IMG/VR virus record: IMGVR_UViG_3300048854_000081 | Location: 1-64,000 of that record | DNA from: a virus | Taxonomy: Duplodnaviria > Caudoviricetes | DNA length: 64,000 nucleotides | Reading direction: 5' to 3' (one strand) | Shown: positions 27,235 through 37,492 of the stretch, piece by piece | Layout of the letters: each line of letters opens with the position of its first letter | Position numbering within the stretch: position 1 is the first letter of the stretch | Notes under the pieces: generated by a model | Told to the model about the DNA's origin: nothing | Database searches by the model: none | What the model saw: the letters and a program-made list of their open reading frames with translations, nothing else | Translations under genes and position numbers: made by a program

Positions 27235-27768
27235 TCAAACCAATTCAAGCTCTTCAATCTCAAACTCGCGACCGTAGAAAAGATCACGATCCGTACCACC
27301 TTGAAAAAAAGTTTCACGAAAATAGTAGACAGCATTGGGGATGTGGTCGATTTCCAAATTAAATCCAGCTTCCGTAAGGAATCCATTCACAGTATGGGTC
27401 CAAGCTTCCTCACGCTCAGACCAAATCTTCCCCCAAGTTTCGGAAGCATTGCGGTTATCAGCTTCAATAGCCTTCCGCTCATCACGCATTTCCTGTGTAA
27501 TCTCTTCTTTACGCAAACCGGCCTTCCATTTGGGGAAGCTCTTAAGAGTAGGACGCTCAGGGATAACATGTTCGGCAGCAAACTTTTCCCACTGAGGATA
27601 CATGGTCGGAGCAAACGCATTGATGCGGTTCCGGTAGTCAAGGACTCTCGCAACGTGTGCTTCCAGCTTCGCACGATCATGGGATGCCATAAGGTTATTA
27701 TGCCATGCATCGCTGTATTCGCCGCCACGTTCGATCAACACATAAATAGTTTGAACTGCTTCAGTCAT
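27235..27768 (-). CDS. hypothetical protein
   Basis: YVLIERGGEYSD...FEIEELEL. Confidence 0.8.
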   Translation of the reverse strand: MTEAVQTIYVLIERGGEYSDAWHNNLMASHDRAKLEAHVARVLDYRNRINAFAPTMYPQWEKFAAEHVIPERPTLKSFPKWKAGLRKEEITQEMRDERKAIEADNRNASETWGKIWSEREEAWTHTVNGFLTEAGFNLEIDHIPNAVYYFRETFFQGGTDRDLFYGREFEIEELELV

Positions 27769-27821
27769 GATCGTTGTTCCTTGGGAAGTTGAAATGTATT
27801 ATACCGGTTACAACGTAATTG

Positions 27822-28058
27822 TCAACGCTGGCGGCAAGCCCGACGAACAAGAGTTGTGTATTCCTTGATCAGACGGATGTCTTCCATTTCCTTGAAATCC
27901 AAGTCACGAGGATACATCGGACGAATGCCATCCTCAGCAATGCCGTAGTCATCATACTTACGATTTTTCTTGGGAGTGTCGAAAAACAGATCACGGTTGT
28001 TTTCACGGATCGATTCGATTTCTTTAAGAACTTCTTCACGGATAACATGAGGATGCAT
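27822..28058 (-). CDS. hypothetical protein
   Basis: AAGGA SD. Confidence 0.65.
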   Translation of the reverse strand: MHPHVIREEVLKEIESIRENNRDLFFDTPKKNRKYDDYGIAEDGIRPMYPRDLDFKEMEDIRLIKEYTTLVRRACRQR

Positions 28059-28067
28059 GATGATTCC

Positions 28068-28310
28068 TTATTCAGAGGAAGAGGTAGGAGTAGCCCGGTA
28101 GACCTTCTGGTCCTTGTACTCGCCAATCTCTTCCCACGGATAACCCACGTCAGGAAGTGCCTTGCCAGCAGGCGAGCAGTAGTAATCGTTGCCAAGGACG
28201 TACACAGCCACCTTATAGCGGGTTGGCTGATAGCGACAATCCTTCATATCGGCGAAGTCTTGACCAGTGAGGAACGCGATGCGTTCGGCAGCAGTGACGC
28301 GACGTTTCAT
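28068..28310 (-). CDS. hypothetical protein
   Basis: ORF track. Confidence 0.7.
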   Translation of the reverse strand: MKRRVTAAERIAFLTGQDFADMKDCRYQPTRYKVAVYVLGNDYYCSPAGKALPDVGYPWEEIGEYKDQKVYRATPTSSSE

Positions 28311-28364
28311 GAGAATGCCCTTACTTGACTGTGAAATACATTATAAGGGCATTCTAAATGTAAG

Positions 28365-28622
28365 TCAAGTGATCTTTACGTCAATGTTGATGGAAGTGGA
28401 GATTGTCAGTTCAGTATACATGATAGCCTTGAACGCCTGCTTACCGTAAGCTCGGCTTTCATTGCGTTTGATCCATTCCATGAAATCATCCTTGTCCTTG
28501 AAGGTAACCAATTCATCATGGGTTTCGGTGGATTCAGGGTAGCCATGACCGGGATTCGTGCGTGAACGCTCATCACCCGGAATATGGATAGTCTTCTTTA
28601 CGATAACCGCGTATTTTTCCAT
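28365..28622 (-). CDS. hypothetical protein
   Basis: IPGDERSRTNPGHGYP motif. Confidence 0.75.
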   Translation of the reverse strand: MEKYAVIVKKTIHIPGDERSRTNPGHGYPESTETHDELVTFKDKDDFMEWIKRNESRAYGKQAFKAIMYTELTISTSINIDVKIT

Positions 28623-28658
28623 GAATCACCTTTAAGGATGGATGTGAGGGTTAAAATT

Positions 28659-28868
28659 TTATACCAAGTCTCGCATGCTGAATTCTGCCTCGGAGAAAGA
28701 ATCTCTTTTCCAAGAAAAATTATCAGAGTCCTTAAGTTCCAGCTTGATCGCTAGCGATTTGGTATAATAATCTCTACCCGATTCAACTGCGATAGATAGT
28801 TCTTCGCGGATAACCTCACGAATGAGTTCCTTGATTTCGTCACGCTGTTCATCAGTAAAGCCAGACAT
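28659..28868 (-). CDS. hypothetical protein
   Basis: AAGGA SD. Confidence 0.65.
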   Translation of the reverse strand: MSGFTDEQRDEIKELIREVIREELSIAVESGRDYYTKSLAIKLELKDSDNFSWKRDSFSEAEFSMRDLV

Positions 28869-28886
28869 GAGGTTATCCTTTGTTAA

Positions 28887-29243
28887 TTAAGAACGAGAGT
28901 TAAGGTGGTGATTACGAATCTTTGCTGGTTCGTAAGCTTCAATTTCCCAGTTAGGATGATCTAGCTTCTGACCGTCCTTACCTAGTAGCATCACATTATG
29001 CCACTTATTATCTGTATCCATCAAGACCATAGAGTCTCGATTCATGCCACCGATATCAAAGTAGTTCAGCGGAAATTTAACTGGACCAATCATTAGAAAC
29101 TCGGAATCGGCGGAAATTGTCTTATAAACATCCCCGTCCACGCTAGCAGCCGGAGCAGTTAGAACATGGGCAAGGATGGTTTTTGTTGAAATGTGTGCGG
29201 ACATAGTAAAATACTCGTTTATCAAGTATTTATTATCCCACAA
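28887..29243 (-). CDS. hypothetical protein
   Basis: ORF track. Confidence 0.65.
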   Translation of the reverse strand: MWDNKYLINEYFTMSAHISTKTILAHVLTAPAASVDGDVYKTISADSEFLMIGPVKFPLNYFDIGGMNRDSMVLMDTDNKWHNVMLLGKDGQKLDHPNWEIEAYEPAKIRNHHLNSRS

Positions 29244-29264
29244 TTTCCTTATACTTGCAATTAC

Positions 29265-29684
29265 TTAAAATGAATAGTCATCCGTTCCAGCCACACCACT
29301 ATAACAAATCTTATCAAACAGATCAGTGATCCATTGAGTCTTGGGTCTATACACACGCACTACCGCATAGGCTCGTGTATTGGTGTATGCACCATTGCGA
29401 TCAGAGGTATGAATGATACTGACGTGATAACCTAGCGGGTGAAGTTTCTTATTCACATGCCATTTGGTAATTTCATTGATTCGCTTAAACAGACTAGAGG
29501 TAATCCTTACCCCCTCAAGATATTCGGAAGAAAAATGTGCTTTTCTTTCAAACTGAAGCTTCTTTTCATTATTTTCAATCCGTTTGGAAATACCTGCCAT
29601 GACATCATCAATGATATCTGCGGCAATATGTGCCTGCTTCTTCTTGACTTCTTTGTGAAGTTCATTAAGCGATTTAATTTCCAT
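29265..29684 (-). CDS. hypothetical protein
   Basis: ORF track. Confidence 0.7.
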   Translation of the reverse strand: MEIKSLNELHKEVKKKQAHIAADIIDDVMAGISKRIENNEKKLQFERKAHFSSEYLEGVRITSSLFKRINEITKWHVNKKLHPLGYHVSIIHTSDRNGAYTNTRAYAVVRVYRPKTQWITDLFDKICYSGVAGTDDYSF

Positions 29685-29686
29685 AA

Positions 29687-30193
29687 TTAATTCCTTGATT
29701 TGCTAATAATTGTCAGGGGATTCACTAATTTAAGTGAATTATTCGGAATGGTATCGCTAATTAACGTAATATCTGGAACCGTATCATCGAATAAAATGAC
29801 CTGAGTGTTAGGCTGTTGAAACATTTTCTGCCATATTTCCATAGCCATCTGAGTTTTCTTCACAAACTCACATAAATCATCACGATCAATGAACGGCATC
29901 TTCAACCAGACCTTGAAATTCTCTAGCAAATCATCCAAGGGAAAGATGAGGCTATCATCGAATTTGAAACCATGCGTAATCTCGATATCGGAACGAATGT
30001 TCCTACGACTGAACTCCTTGATATCATGAGCATTCCAGATAGCCCACGAGAGAACGCCTACATGCGTCTCCGGACCCAACTGGCTACATACCCATTCCTT
30101 GAGGCATGGAAATGCCGCACACATGAGCGTAGGCTTATCTAGCCAGTCCCAAATGATGGTTTCCTCTAGATCAAGAAGCAGAATTGTGTTCAT
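29687..30193 (-). CDS. HAD-superfamily-like protein
   Basis: LLLDLEETII motif I variant, LS, K, LFDD. Confidence 0.65.
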   Translation of the reverse strand: MNTILLLDLEETIIWDWLDKPTLMCAAFPCLKEWVCSQLGPETHVGVLSWAIWNAHDIKEFSRRNIRSDIEITHGFKFDDSLIFPLDDLLENFKVWLKMPFIDRDDLCEFVKKTQMAMEIWQKMFQQPNTQVILFDDTVPDITLISDTIPNNSLKLVNPLTIISKSRN

Positions 30194-30251
30194 GACGAAA
30201 AATCCCAGTTAGATTGGCTAACTGGGATTATAATGTATTACACTTTGACTG

Positions 30252-30686
30252 TCAATCTTCTTTGTGGAGTCTTGCCTGTACATTGACGACTTCACAATCA
30301 TATGCCCAAGAATATTCTTGGGTAACGGCAAAATCCATGTAAGGAAAACGATACAGTGCCTTCATGAACGGAACCGTAGCCCGTTTAATCCGATCAAGGA
30401 GGTCACCAACCATTTTATCGAAAAGGTCATCGTCAATATTTCTATTTGCGATATAATAACGCTTATCGATATTGAAATCATTACCTTCCTTGGCAAAATA
30501 AATCAGATCAGAAATGAAATGGGCATGAATGAGATTGCCGACATTCTTGGCAATTTCCTTCTGAATTTCCAGATCGTCAGACTTTCCATCACGGAGGTGA
30601 TTGATTTTGGTATACAAATCAACCTCAACGTAATGGACTGGATTTAATGCATCGATATTATGGACATCAACCTTCTGCCGCATCAC
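30252..30686 (-). CDS. hypothetical protein
   Basis: ORF track. Confidence 0.7.
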   Translation of the reverse strand: MMRQKVDVHNIDALNPVHYVEVDLYTKINHLRDGKSDDLEIQKEIAKNVGNLIHAHFISDLIYFAKEGNDFNIDKRYYIANRNIDDDLFDKMVGDLLDRIKRATVPFMKALYRFPYMDFAVTQEYSWAYDCEVVNVQARLHKED

Positions 30687-31174
30687 TTGCGCGTCTCCTT
30701 GGTGTACAGAGGCTTGGCGGACCAGTTGATGATGGCAGTCAAATCACGCTCAAGCTGAGTGAATGTACTGGCAATGCTTCCAAGTTTACGAAGCTCTGTA
30801 ATGATGTGTTCAACAAGCTGAGCATTAACGGGAGTGGAAGAGAGATTCGCCCATTCCTTGATCTTGGGAAGCATCTGCTGTTCGAACACAGTCTTCGGGC
30901 TCATCGACTGGGCAGAAATGTTCATGGCTTCAGCAATCTGATAGAAAGCCGTCTGATAGCCATCGCTGGGAGACTTGGGAGATTCCTTGATGTCACTCTC
31001 ACGGAAGAGCGGTTCAAGGTTACGGATGTTGTCAGGCATGAAACCACCACGCCAACCCGCCCACCACGGCTCATCGTCATAGAATCGCTGCCAGTACGGT
31101 TCACTGGCGTTCGGGCTATGGGTGGCGAAAGATTCCCATGTCCAAGCAAACGGTTCACGAGTAGCCATGTTCAA
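30683..31174 (-). CDS. hypothetical protein
   Basis: ORF track. Confidence 0.7.
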   Translation of the reverse strand: MNMATREPFAWTWESFATHSPNASEPYWQRFYDDEPWWAGWRGGFMPDNIRNLEPLFRESDIKESPKSPSDGYQTAFYQIAEAMNISAQSMSPKTVFEQQMLPKIKEWANLSSTPVNAQLVEHIITELRKLGSIASTFTQLERDLTAIINWSAKPLYTKETRK

Positions 31175-31224
31175 TTCCTAGTGAGTGAGGATGTGAAATA
31201 TATTACACTCACTAGAAATTAAAG

Positions 31225-31941
31225 TCAACTGTTTACAAAGGTAAAGACCAGCCAACCCTTTTTATTCTCAACGGTGTAGCCATTGGCGCGGTAGACGTTA
31301 GCAATGACTTCGTTCTCTATGTCAGGCAATGAACCGTAAGATAGACGAACAGGCCATCCCGACATTGAATATTTGCTTATATTACTCAGATATTCATTCA
31401 ATGATTTGTTAACTTCCGAAATTACTGGAAGCAAATGTGGATAACGATTAATAATATCGTCTTCATAATTCTTAAACAGACGTTCCTTGTAGACAGAGTA
31501 TGGAACAATATCCAATTCAATACTCTGTTTAAGGTAAGTCTGAATAATTTTAATGTAATATTCTTCCATTTCCACGCTGGTAGAATAATTAGTTACAAAA
31601 TCACTGAATGTACACTTAAAGAATTCCGAACCAAACTCTGATTTCAATGCATAATTAATTTCCACAAGGTTAATTAATGGACTATGCTTATAATAAATCT
31701 TCGTGTTGGTTGGATTAGCATCCACATAGGGAGAATCCATGTTTTTAATACACGAAAAATTGGCTAAATTAAGGAAAAATACAAAACCATAAAGTGATTT
31801 AGTGCCAAAGAACTTGGCAGACACTTCATTATCGGTCTCAACCTTATCTGATTTATTGTAATGTAGGAAGTCTTCAAATACTGAACCTTCCGTCAGATGG
31901 AATAGAAGGGCTTCAAGATTTTTACGCTGACGGAGATTCAT
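31225..31941 (-). CDS. family B protein (Q.xNL..L N-terminus), copy 1
   Basis: Shares termini with 40161..41120 and 41117..41821. Confidence 0.75.
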   Translation of the reverse strand: MNLRQRKNLEALLFHLTEGSVFEDFLHYNKSDKVETDNEVSAKFFGTKSLYGFVFFLNLANFSCIKNMDSPYVDANPTNTKIYYKHSPLINLVEINYALKSEFGSEFFKCTFSDFVTNYSTSVEMEEYYIKIIQTYLKQSIELDIVPYSVYKERLFKNYEDDIINRYPHLLPVISEVNKSLNEYLSNISKYSMSGWPVRLSYGSLPDIENEVIANVYRANGYTVENKKGWLVFTFVNS

Positions 31942-31982
31942 TTATATTCCTAAATTAGAGAAATGTCAAGTTTCCTTTACAT

Positions 31983-32426
31983 TTAAACGTGACGCTTTTT
32001 GATAACTTCCATGTATCGATTGAACGATGGCATGAAGCGTGCCGGAGCTTTTTTATTAAATAGCAGTGACGTATCGTGGGCCATCTGCAAATCTTGTAGG
32101 AATGCGGTCTGATGCACGCTTATATTATATTCCGAGAATAGGCCGAGCATATCCGGAAGAATGTAAGTCATGGCTTTTTCGAAAGTTTCTGGTCCTTTAC
32201 TATCAGAATAAGTAAGGAATGCCAGTTCATATCGAATCACTTCGATTTCCTTCTTACTAAGAAGGAATCCAATTGGGCAGCGACAGCCATCATCAGCGAT
32301 ATATGCCGAAGCCCAATTGTTGTGAGAAGCCTTCCCTTGATCAGCCATTTTACTGCTGATGAATTTGAAGACCTTTCTGTTACTGTGTTCACCTTTGAGG
32401 TAACCGATCAGGGTTGGATCGCTCAT
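31983..32426 (-). CDS. family A (C[AP]IG / LQxxHD) protein, copy 1
   Basis: GCRCPIGFLL...FLQDLQMAHD. Confidence 0.8.
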   Translation of the reverse strand: MSDPTLIGYLKGEHSNRKVFKFISSKMADQGKASHNNWASAYIADDGCRCPIGFLLSKKEIEVIRYELAFLTYSDSKGPETFEKAMTYILPDMLGLFSEYNISVHQTAFLQDLQMAHDTSLLFNKKAPARFMPSFNRYMEVIKKRHV

Positions 32427-32437
32427 AAATTTCTCTG

Positions 32438-32776
32438 TTAATAGTTTTCTTTAAGGAATTCGTTTTGGACGGCAATCGAGGTCGTCAATCCTTCAATCCT
32501 ATCGTGCATTGACTTGATTAGCTTCTCGACTTCCTCACGTGGAGGAATGACATTGCCTTCCCAACGCATATTGTACTGTTCAGCCGTGATCGCCCAGCGC
32601 TCATATTGATAAACGATAGACTCACAGAGGTCTGCATCTTCCATGCCTTCGGTATCGCCGAAGTAGATGTAATGCGGAGTGTCATAGCCAGCACCACCAC
32701 GACCCCAAATGTAGTACACAAGCCATGGGCTCTTCTTATTATCTTCAGAGGTCATGATAGTCACCCTTGAACGCAT
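32438..32776 (-). CDS. hypothetical protein
   Basis: ORF track. Confidence 0.7.
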   Translation of the reverse strand: MRSRVTIMTSEDNKKSPWLVYYIWGRGGAGYDTPHYIYFGDTEGMEDADLCESIVYQYERWAITAEQYNMRWEGNVIPPREEVEKLIKSMHDRIEGLTTSIAVQNEFLKENY

Positions 32777-32945
32777 GCTTGATGTCGATGATGGCCTTGG
32801 TGCTCAGGGAAACATCAATGTTGACATTCTTACCATTGATCAAATAGATGTGGAGAATGCCATTAAGACTTTCCATATTGATGATATGGTCAGTGTTGAC
32901 ATATTGAATGTGGTGCGGATTACTATTCAGTTCGACAAGTGCCAT
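32745..32945 (-). CDS. small beta-rich protein
   Basis: YVNTDHIINME...IYLING. Confidence 0.65.
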   Translation of the reverse strand: MALVELNSNPHHIQYVNTDHIINMESLNGILHIYLINGKNVNIDVSLSTKAIIDIKHAFKGDYHDL

Positions 32946-32999
32946 GACAGTCTCCTGTGGTTAGGGGGCTATAATATATTACTGGGCTAGCCGTGTCAA

Positions 33000-33272
33000 C
33001 TATCGCACGCTACAGACATCACCCTCACGGGAAGTAAAGGTTTCTTCCGTTCCAGAACTAAAGTTGCGCCATGTTTTGATGCTTGTGCTATACGACCAGT
33101 GTCCGGGGGTGGACGTGATTGTGTTGCCCGTAGACATTGACTTACAGGATACCACATTGTCTGGTATCCCCGTCGAATATTTTGCACCGACTATAACAAT
33201 AGCACAAAAGATAGCGATACCAGCCATCGCTATGAGTATGCCCAGTAAGAATTTTTGAACCCAAATGCTCAT
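33000..33272 (-). CDS. membrane-anchored family C protein
   Basis: VVSCKS..GNTITS...W...F.SREGDVC. Confidence 0.7.
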   Translation of the reverse strand: MSIWVQKFLLGILIAMAGIAIFCAIVIVGAKYSTGIPDNVVSCKSMSTGNTITSTPGHWSYSTSIKTWRNFSSGTEETFTSREGDVCSVR

Positions 33273-33739
33273 TAGTAAGGTTTCCCGCTCATTTTGTTTT
33301 CATAATACTTAACACAATCATGTAATTCGGAAATCTGTCTGGTTAATTCATAGATTTCTTCACGATACGAATCACGGACGACAGTACATGCATAATTACG
33401 GAATAGATTCAAGTACATATGAAGCCATTCGCGCTTAAGCTCTTCAGGTGCATCGATGCGCGTCATATCACGCATGACATCGTTTGGTGACGTTCTAGAG
33501 AAATTCTTTCCGTCTCCTGCATGATCATACCAAAGCTCAACGAATTGCTGACCGAAATGCTCAGACATGATAATCTTTTCGACAGACAGTCCTTTCATAT
33601 CCATAAGATAATGGAATAGAGTCTTGGTGGTAAACCAAGACTCAGCATCTTTAAGGAAAAAATCAGTCCACTTCTCTTCATCCAAATAAGGAATGACTTC
33701 AGCGTAGTTCGCTACCTGCAATTTAGTCAACAGTTCCAC
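33272..33739 (-). CDS. hypothetical protein
   Basis: ORF track. Confidence 0.7.
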   Translation of the reverse strand: MELLTKLQVANYAEVIPYLDEEKWTDFFLKDAESWFTTKTLFHYLMDMKGLSVEKIIMSEHFGQQFVELWYDHAGDGKNFSRTSPNDVMRDMTRIDAPEELKREWLHMYLNLFRNYACTVVRDSYREEIYELTRQISELHDCVKYYENKMSGKPY

Positions 33740-33748
33740 AGTGATTCC

Positions 33749-34189
33749 TTATTTGAACGGGAAAACCAATCCCTTGGTTGCATAATAAAATTCAGCGCTG
33801 TGTTTAAAAGACTCAAGAAAATCTTCATCGCGACCCATCGCATCCTTGACACCAGACAAAGCATTGTCATGGAGAACTTGAAGTTCGCTAAGGAATTGAA
33901 TGCGTAGATCGAATGCGCAAAGTTCATCTTCATTTTTACGGAAGTACTTATTGGTCACATCAGTCACGCCATTGGCATTGTATGCATCCATATTAGGATC
34001 GTAGGCGTCATCAGGGATAAGCCAGCCGATGGCACACTTGCTTCCTTCTGGACCACGATACACACAGTTACCATCCATATCAAGGGATGCATAGCCCTGT
34101 TCAAGAAGCTTACCGATAGTGTAATCGGCTACTTCCTGTTCTGTGACAGTACCGTTGAGATAGTCTGTGATGGTTATAGTCTTCATCAT
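33749..34189 (-). CDS. family A protein, copy 2
   Basis: CVYRGPEGSKCAIGWLIPD...FLSELQVLHD. Confidence 0.85.
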   Translation of the reverse strand: MMKTITITDYLNGTVTEQEVADYTIGKLLEQGYASLDMDGNCVYRGPEGSKCAIGWLIPDDAYDPNMDAYNANGVTDVTNKYFRKNEDELCAFDLRIQFLSELQVLHDNALSGVKDAMGRDEDFLESFKHSAEFYYATKGLVFPFK

Positions 34190-34410
34190 TTGAGTCTAAC
34201 ACCTTTAAGTTTAATTCGGGCAAGCTCAGCTTCAAGAGCCTTCAGCTTACGTTCGGCTAGAATCCAACGAGCTTTCATGGCTTCATAATCATCATGTGTT
34301 ACATAACCACCAAGCCGATATTCATCCATGTAGGCACGTGGATATGGTTCTGAATACTCACCATCAGAATCCCACTCCCAAGCACATTCGTATCGGGTTA
34401 CCTCAGTCAT
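34186..34410 (-). CDS. hypothetical protein
   Basis: GGYVTHDDY plus coiled coil. Confidence 0.65.
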   Translation of the reverse strand: MTEVTRYECAWEWDSDGEYSEPYPRAYMDEYRLGGYVTHDDYEAMKARWILAERKLKALEAELARIKLKGVRLK

Positions 34411-34419
34411 GGCTATTCC

Positions 34420-34878
34420 TTAGGCTAATGGATAGGTAAGATTTTCTTCGATGCAGAAAGGTATGACAGTTTGTTCAAAATGATAATTGAAACTGTCCTT
34501 ATCCCCTTGGATACTTCTCCAATGAGCACGATCATGGGTCATCTGTAATTTGTTAAGAAACTCTAGGCGAGTTTCAATATCTTCAGAAGTTGGAGAGATA
34601 TCGTATTTCTTAGCAAAGAATTTCTCAACCAATGCACCAGCATCGATACCAACACTACCAATACCATGAGAAAATGGGCTATCCATTTCGGAATTATATT
34701 CTTCATCAGGAATCAGATGACCAATGGCACACTTTCTTCCCCCAGTACCACGATAGAGACAGGAGTTGGGTCCAGCAGAGGCACGACCTTGCTTATAGAC
34801 TTCTCTAACAGCAAAATTGACGACTTCCTGCTTGCTTACCTGACCGGTAAGGAAATTCTTTAGATTGATATCAGACAT
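34420..34878 (-). CDS. family A protein, copy 3
   Basis: CLYRGTGGRKCAIGHLIPD...FLNKLQMTHD. Confidence 0.85.
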   Translation of the reverse strand: MSDINLKNFLTGQVSKQEVVNFAVREVYKQGRASAGPNSCLYRGTGGRKCAIGHLIPDEEYNSEMDSPFSHGIGSVGIDAGALVEKFFAKKYDISPTSEDIETRLEFLNKLQMTHDRAHWRSIQGDKDSFNYHFEQTVIPFCIEENLTYPLA

Positions 34879-34934
34879 GAATAAATCTCAATGGATGGAA
34901 TAAGAGGTGAGTATAAAATGAAAGACTATGTAAG

Positions 34935-35174
34935 TCAATCGCAAAAGAACTGCCAATGTGCAGTAGGATGAGGAACCTGTGACCGATCATGAATTACATC
35001 CCATTTAACATCAGTCTCGATAAACCGTATCTCATACGTAGTATTCGCATCCAATTCCTTAGGGAGATTGTAACGAATTATGTAGAGTCTGGCATCAAAC
35101 TCTGCTTCAGTATATAACCACTTATCATTTGTACCAGCCTTACGATATAGAATACCTTTAATATTGTTACTCAT
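34935..35174 (-). CDS. hypothetical protein
   Basis: ORF track. Confidence 0.65.
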   Translation of the reverse strand: MSNNIKGILYRKAGTNDKWLYTEAEFDARLYIIRYNLPKELDANTTYEIRFIETDVKWDVIHDRSQVPHPTAHWQFFCD

Positions 35175-35197
35175 AGATAACTCTTAGGGATGTAAAG

Positions 35198-35536
35198 TTA
35201 TTCAGCGCAATTTCGCATGAATTGTTCCACGGCTTCTGGACCTTCGGCCACAGCTTCATGGTAATATCGTGATAATTCCTTAGCAGCACCATCACCAGCA
35301 GTATAGCTATTACCAGCTAAATGCTCTCTTAAGCAATGTTCGTGGTTACCCATGATAGGATCAACCTTAAATCGCTCAGGATCAGCGTCGGCAATTGTAC
35401 TGCGAGCAGCTTCGATCCATTTGCGGAGTTCATCACCCACCGGACCATCCTTGGAATAGACTACAAAGCCATCGGAAAAATGCACGATGCCTTCCAGTAG
35501 TTCCAGCATTTCCTTATTGATGTCTTCATTAGCCAT
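35198..35536 (-). CDS. hypothetical protein
   Basis: ORF track. Confidence 0.7.
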   Translation of the reverse strand: MANEDINKEMLELLEGIVHFSDGFVVYSKDGPVGDELRKWIEAARSTIADADPERFKVDPIMGNHEHCLREHLAGNSYTAGDGAAKELSRYYHEAVAEGPEAVEQFMRNCAE

Positions 35537-35891
35537 GGTCTTGTTCCTGTGCTTTCTTCATAACGTATTCGATAGAATGGAAGATGAAGCGTACCATAGC
35601 CTCACCCTTAATCTTACTAAAGTCTGAAGTGTTCAACCACAGATCATTACCATTGATATCAAAGTAAGGCTCATCACCCTGAAATTCATAGCCTTCAAAG
35701 TGGCGAATAGTACGCGCAAAATCAAAGAGCCTTGTGGTTTCCTCATCAAGCTCTTCAGAATGATTCATAATCAAAGCCGTACAACGAGCACAACCCGTGC
35801 TTCCTTCAGGATCAGCATTACATGGGTCACTGTCACTACACGAGGTGCGATCATGTTCAGGGTGGGCCTTAGCCCAATCTTTAGTATTCAT
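35529..35891 (-). CDS. hypothetical Cys-containing protein
   Basis: HDRTSCSD...CARC. Confidence 0.7.
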   Translation of the reverse strand: MNTKDWAKAHPEHDRTSCSDSDPCNADPEGSTGCARCTALIMNHSEELDEETTRLFDFARTIRHFEGYEFQGDEPYFDINGNDLWLNTSDFSKIKGEAMVRFIFHSIEYVMKKAQEQDHG

Positions 35892-36112
35892 ACAGAAGCT
35901 TCCAAAATGTCAATTTCATCAATCCACTGAGTTTTGATATGTCTACCACCGCTGGCAACGATATGATCACCCATGTAGAGTTTATACTGATAGCAATGTT
36001 TCTCGTCATTGAAACGAATATCAGTGACATACCAGTAGATATCACCACGAGACTCACCATCATTGATGTGAACCGCCTGACGCTCTTCGAATTTAGGTTT
36101 CAAATCAGTCAT
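35888..36112 (-). CDS. hypothetical protein
   Basis: ORF track. Confidence 0.65.
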   Translation of the reverse strand: MTDLKPKFEERQAVHINDGESRGDIYWYVTDIRFNDEKHCYQYKLYMGDHIVASGGRHIKTQWIDEIDILEASV

Positions 36113-36560
36113 GTCCGGGTCTCCAAGCCTTGGGAGTAATACGATGGGTACCGTCGATCATCTGATATGCAATGATACCTTGACTATGAAAGGAACCCCA
36201 CTTGTAAACGAGTGTACCATCTTTCCGTGAGTCAATGAAATAGATTTCATTCTGAAGAGAATTCTTTAATTCATCATCAGTACAGGGAATGGTTTCGATC
36301 TTATGACCCGGAAGACGCACGGGTACATGAAGCTCAGGCATCGGAACAACTTCACCCGTCTCCGAATTGATTACCTGCCAATCAGCAAAGTAGGAATAGA
36401 GTGGCGTTTCACGATACTTCTTCATCTTATAGGTATTGATAGCCTGACTCAGAGTAAAGCCAGTCCATTGTGTCTTCCACTTCTTACGATACAACCCTTG
36501 GATAGCATAGATCGGCTGATTGGATTGCATGGGTATACCTCTCATGTAAGATGAACACAA
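36105..36560 (-). CDS. hypothetical protein
   Basis: ORF track; start probably MQSNQ. Confidence 0.7.
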   Translation of the reverse strand: MCSSYMRGIPMQSNQPIYAIQGLYRKKWKTQWTGFTLSQAINTYKMKKYRETPLYSYFADWQVINSETGEVVPMPELHVPVRLPGHKIETIPCTDDELKNSLQNEIYFIDSRKDGTLVYKWGSFHSQGIIAYQMIDGTHRITPKAWRPGHD

Positions 36561-36587
36561 GTTACCACATGTAACCTGAACAGGATG

Positions 36588-36800
36588 TTATCGACGAATA
36601 GCCACAACCACCTGATTGACACCGAAGCGTTTGTTCCATTTCTTCTGGATTCGCTTACGATAGCTGCCAAACTTATGCCATGGCTTCAATGGAAGGAAAC
36701 GATTAGGTTCTAAACGTACGGCAGGTATATACTTAGATTTCTTAACCGGAACTCCGTTAGAGCACAGATAACAATGCGTATATTCAGAAATTTTCATCAC
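36588..36800 (-). CDS. small basic protein
   Basis: RKRIQKKWNKRFG. Confidence 0.6.
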   Translation of the reverse strand: MMKISEYTHCYLCSNGVPVKKSKYIPAVRLEPNRFLPLKPWHKFGSYRKRIQKKWNKRFGVNQVVVAIRR

Positions 36801-37005
36801 CTAAGTCCCAGCAGAATTTAACAAAGAACCACAACCACACAATACCTATAAATTCAAAACCAATGAATACGCATTTGTTACGTATGTCATCAGCATCACA
36901 GACGAGTGTAGGACAGCTACTAGAGAAAATCGCATAAGAACAAAAGAGTGCCCATAGCGTACCCACTACACCCATGATTATAATAAAAATACGCCAACCA
37001 GTCAT
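36784..37005 (-). CDS. membrane protein
   Basis: Two TM segments. Confidence 0.65.
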   Translation of the reverse strand: MTGWRIFIIIMGVVGTLWALFCSYAIFSSSCPTLVCDADDIRNKCVFIGFEFIGIVWLWFFVKFCWDLGDENF

Positions 37006-37247
37006 AGATTCCTCTCCTTGTATGCAGTAAGGATTTCCTTATAAGACTCAAGGATTATTTCAGCTTCCCCTAAAGACTTACTGGTATAGTAGGCATCAGC
37101 ACATTCACCATCACACTGAGCATCCGGACCACATACGTGATTATCCCTAGGAATCTTCTCACCATAGCGATAAGCCACATTGATAGCTTTCTGTAAGGCA
37201 TCTACCAAATCAGTGACCACACCCATATAGATGACTTCTGGAATCAT
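37002..37247 (-). CDS. hypothetical protein
   Basis: HVCGPDAQCDGEC. Confidence 0.65.
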   Translation of the reverse strand: MIPEVIYMGVVTDLVDALQKAINVAYRYGEKIPRDNHVCGPDAQCDGECADAYYTSKSLGEAEIILESYKEILTAYKERNL

Positions 37248-37492
37248 CGAGTAACTTCCAATATCTCACAGGTATCACCCGTACGAGGACTAAAGGTAAG
37301 TTTAACACCACTGAAATTTTGCCAGCCATAATAACCCACACGTTCAGAATAAGGCTGCCATGCAGAGGCGACTTTTGATCTTAGGATACTTCCATCTACC
37401 CCTGACGTGCATACCACTTGCATAGGAGTGTCCTTAACCGAACAACCCACTACACTAATTGCTAATAGAATAAAACCAAGGAGAATTTTCAT
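37244..37492 (-). CDS. family C lipoprotein
   Basis: MKILL...VVGC lipobox; QVVCTS...YYGW...PRTGDTC. Confidence 0.8.
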   Translation of the reverse strand: MKILLGFILLAISVVGCSVKDTPMQVVCTSGVDGSILRSKVASAWQPYSERVGYYGWQNFSGVKLTFSPRTGDTCEILEVTR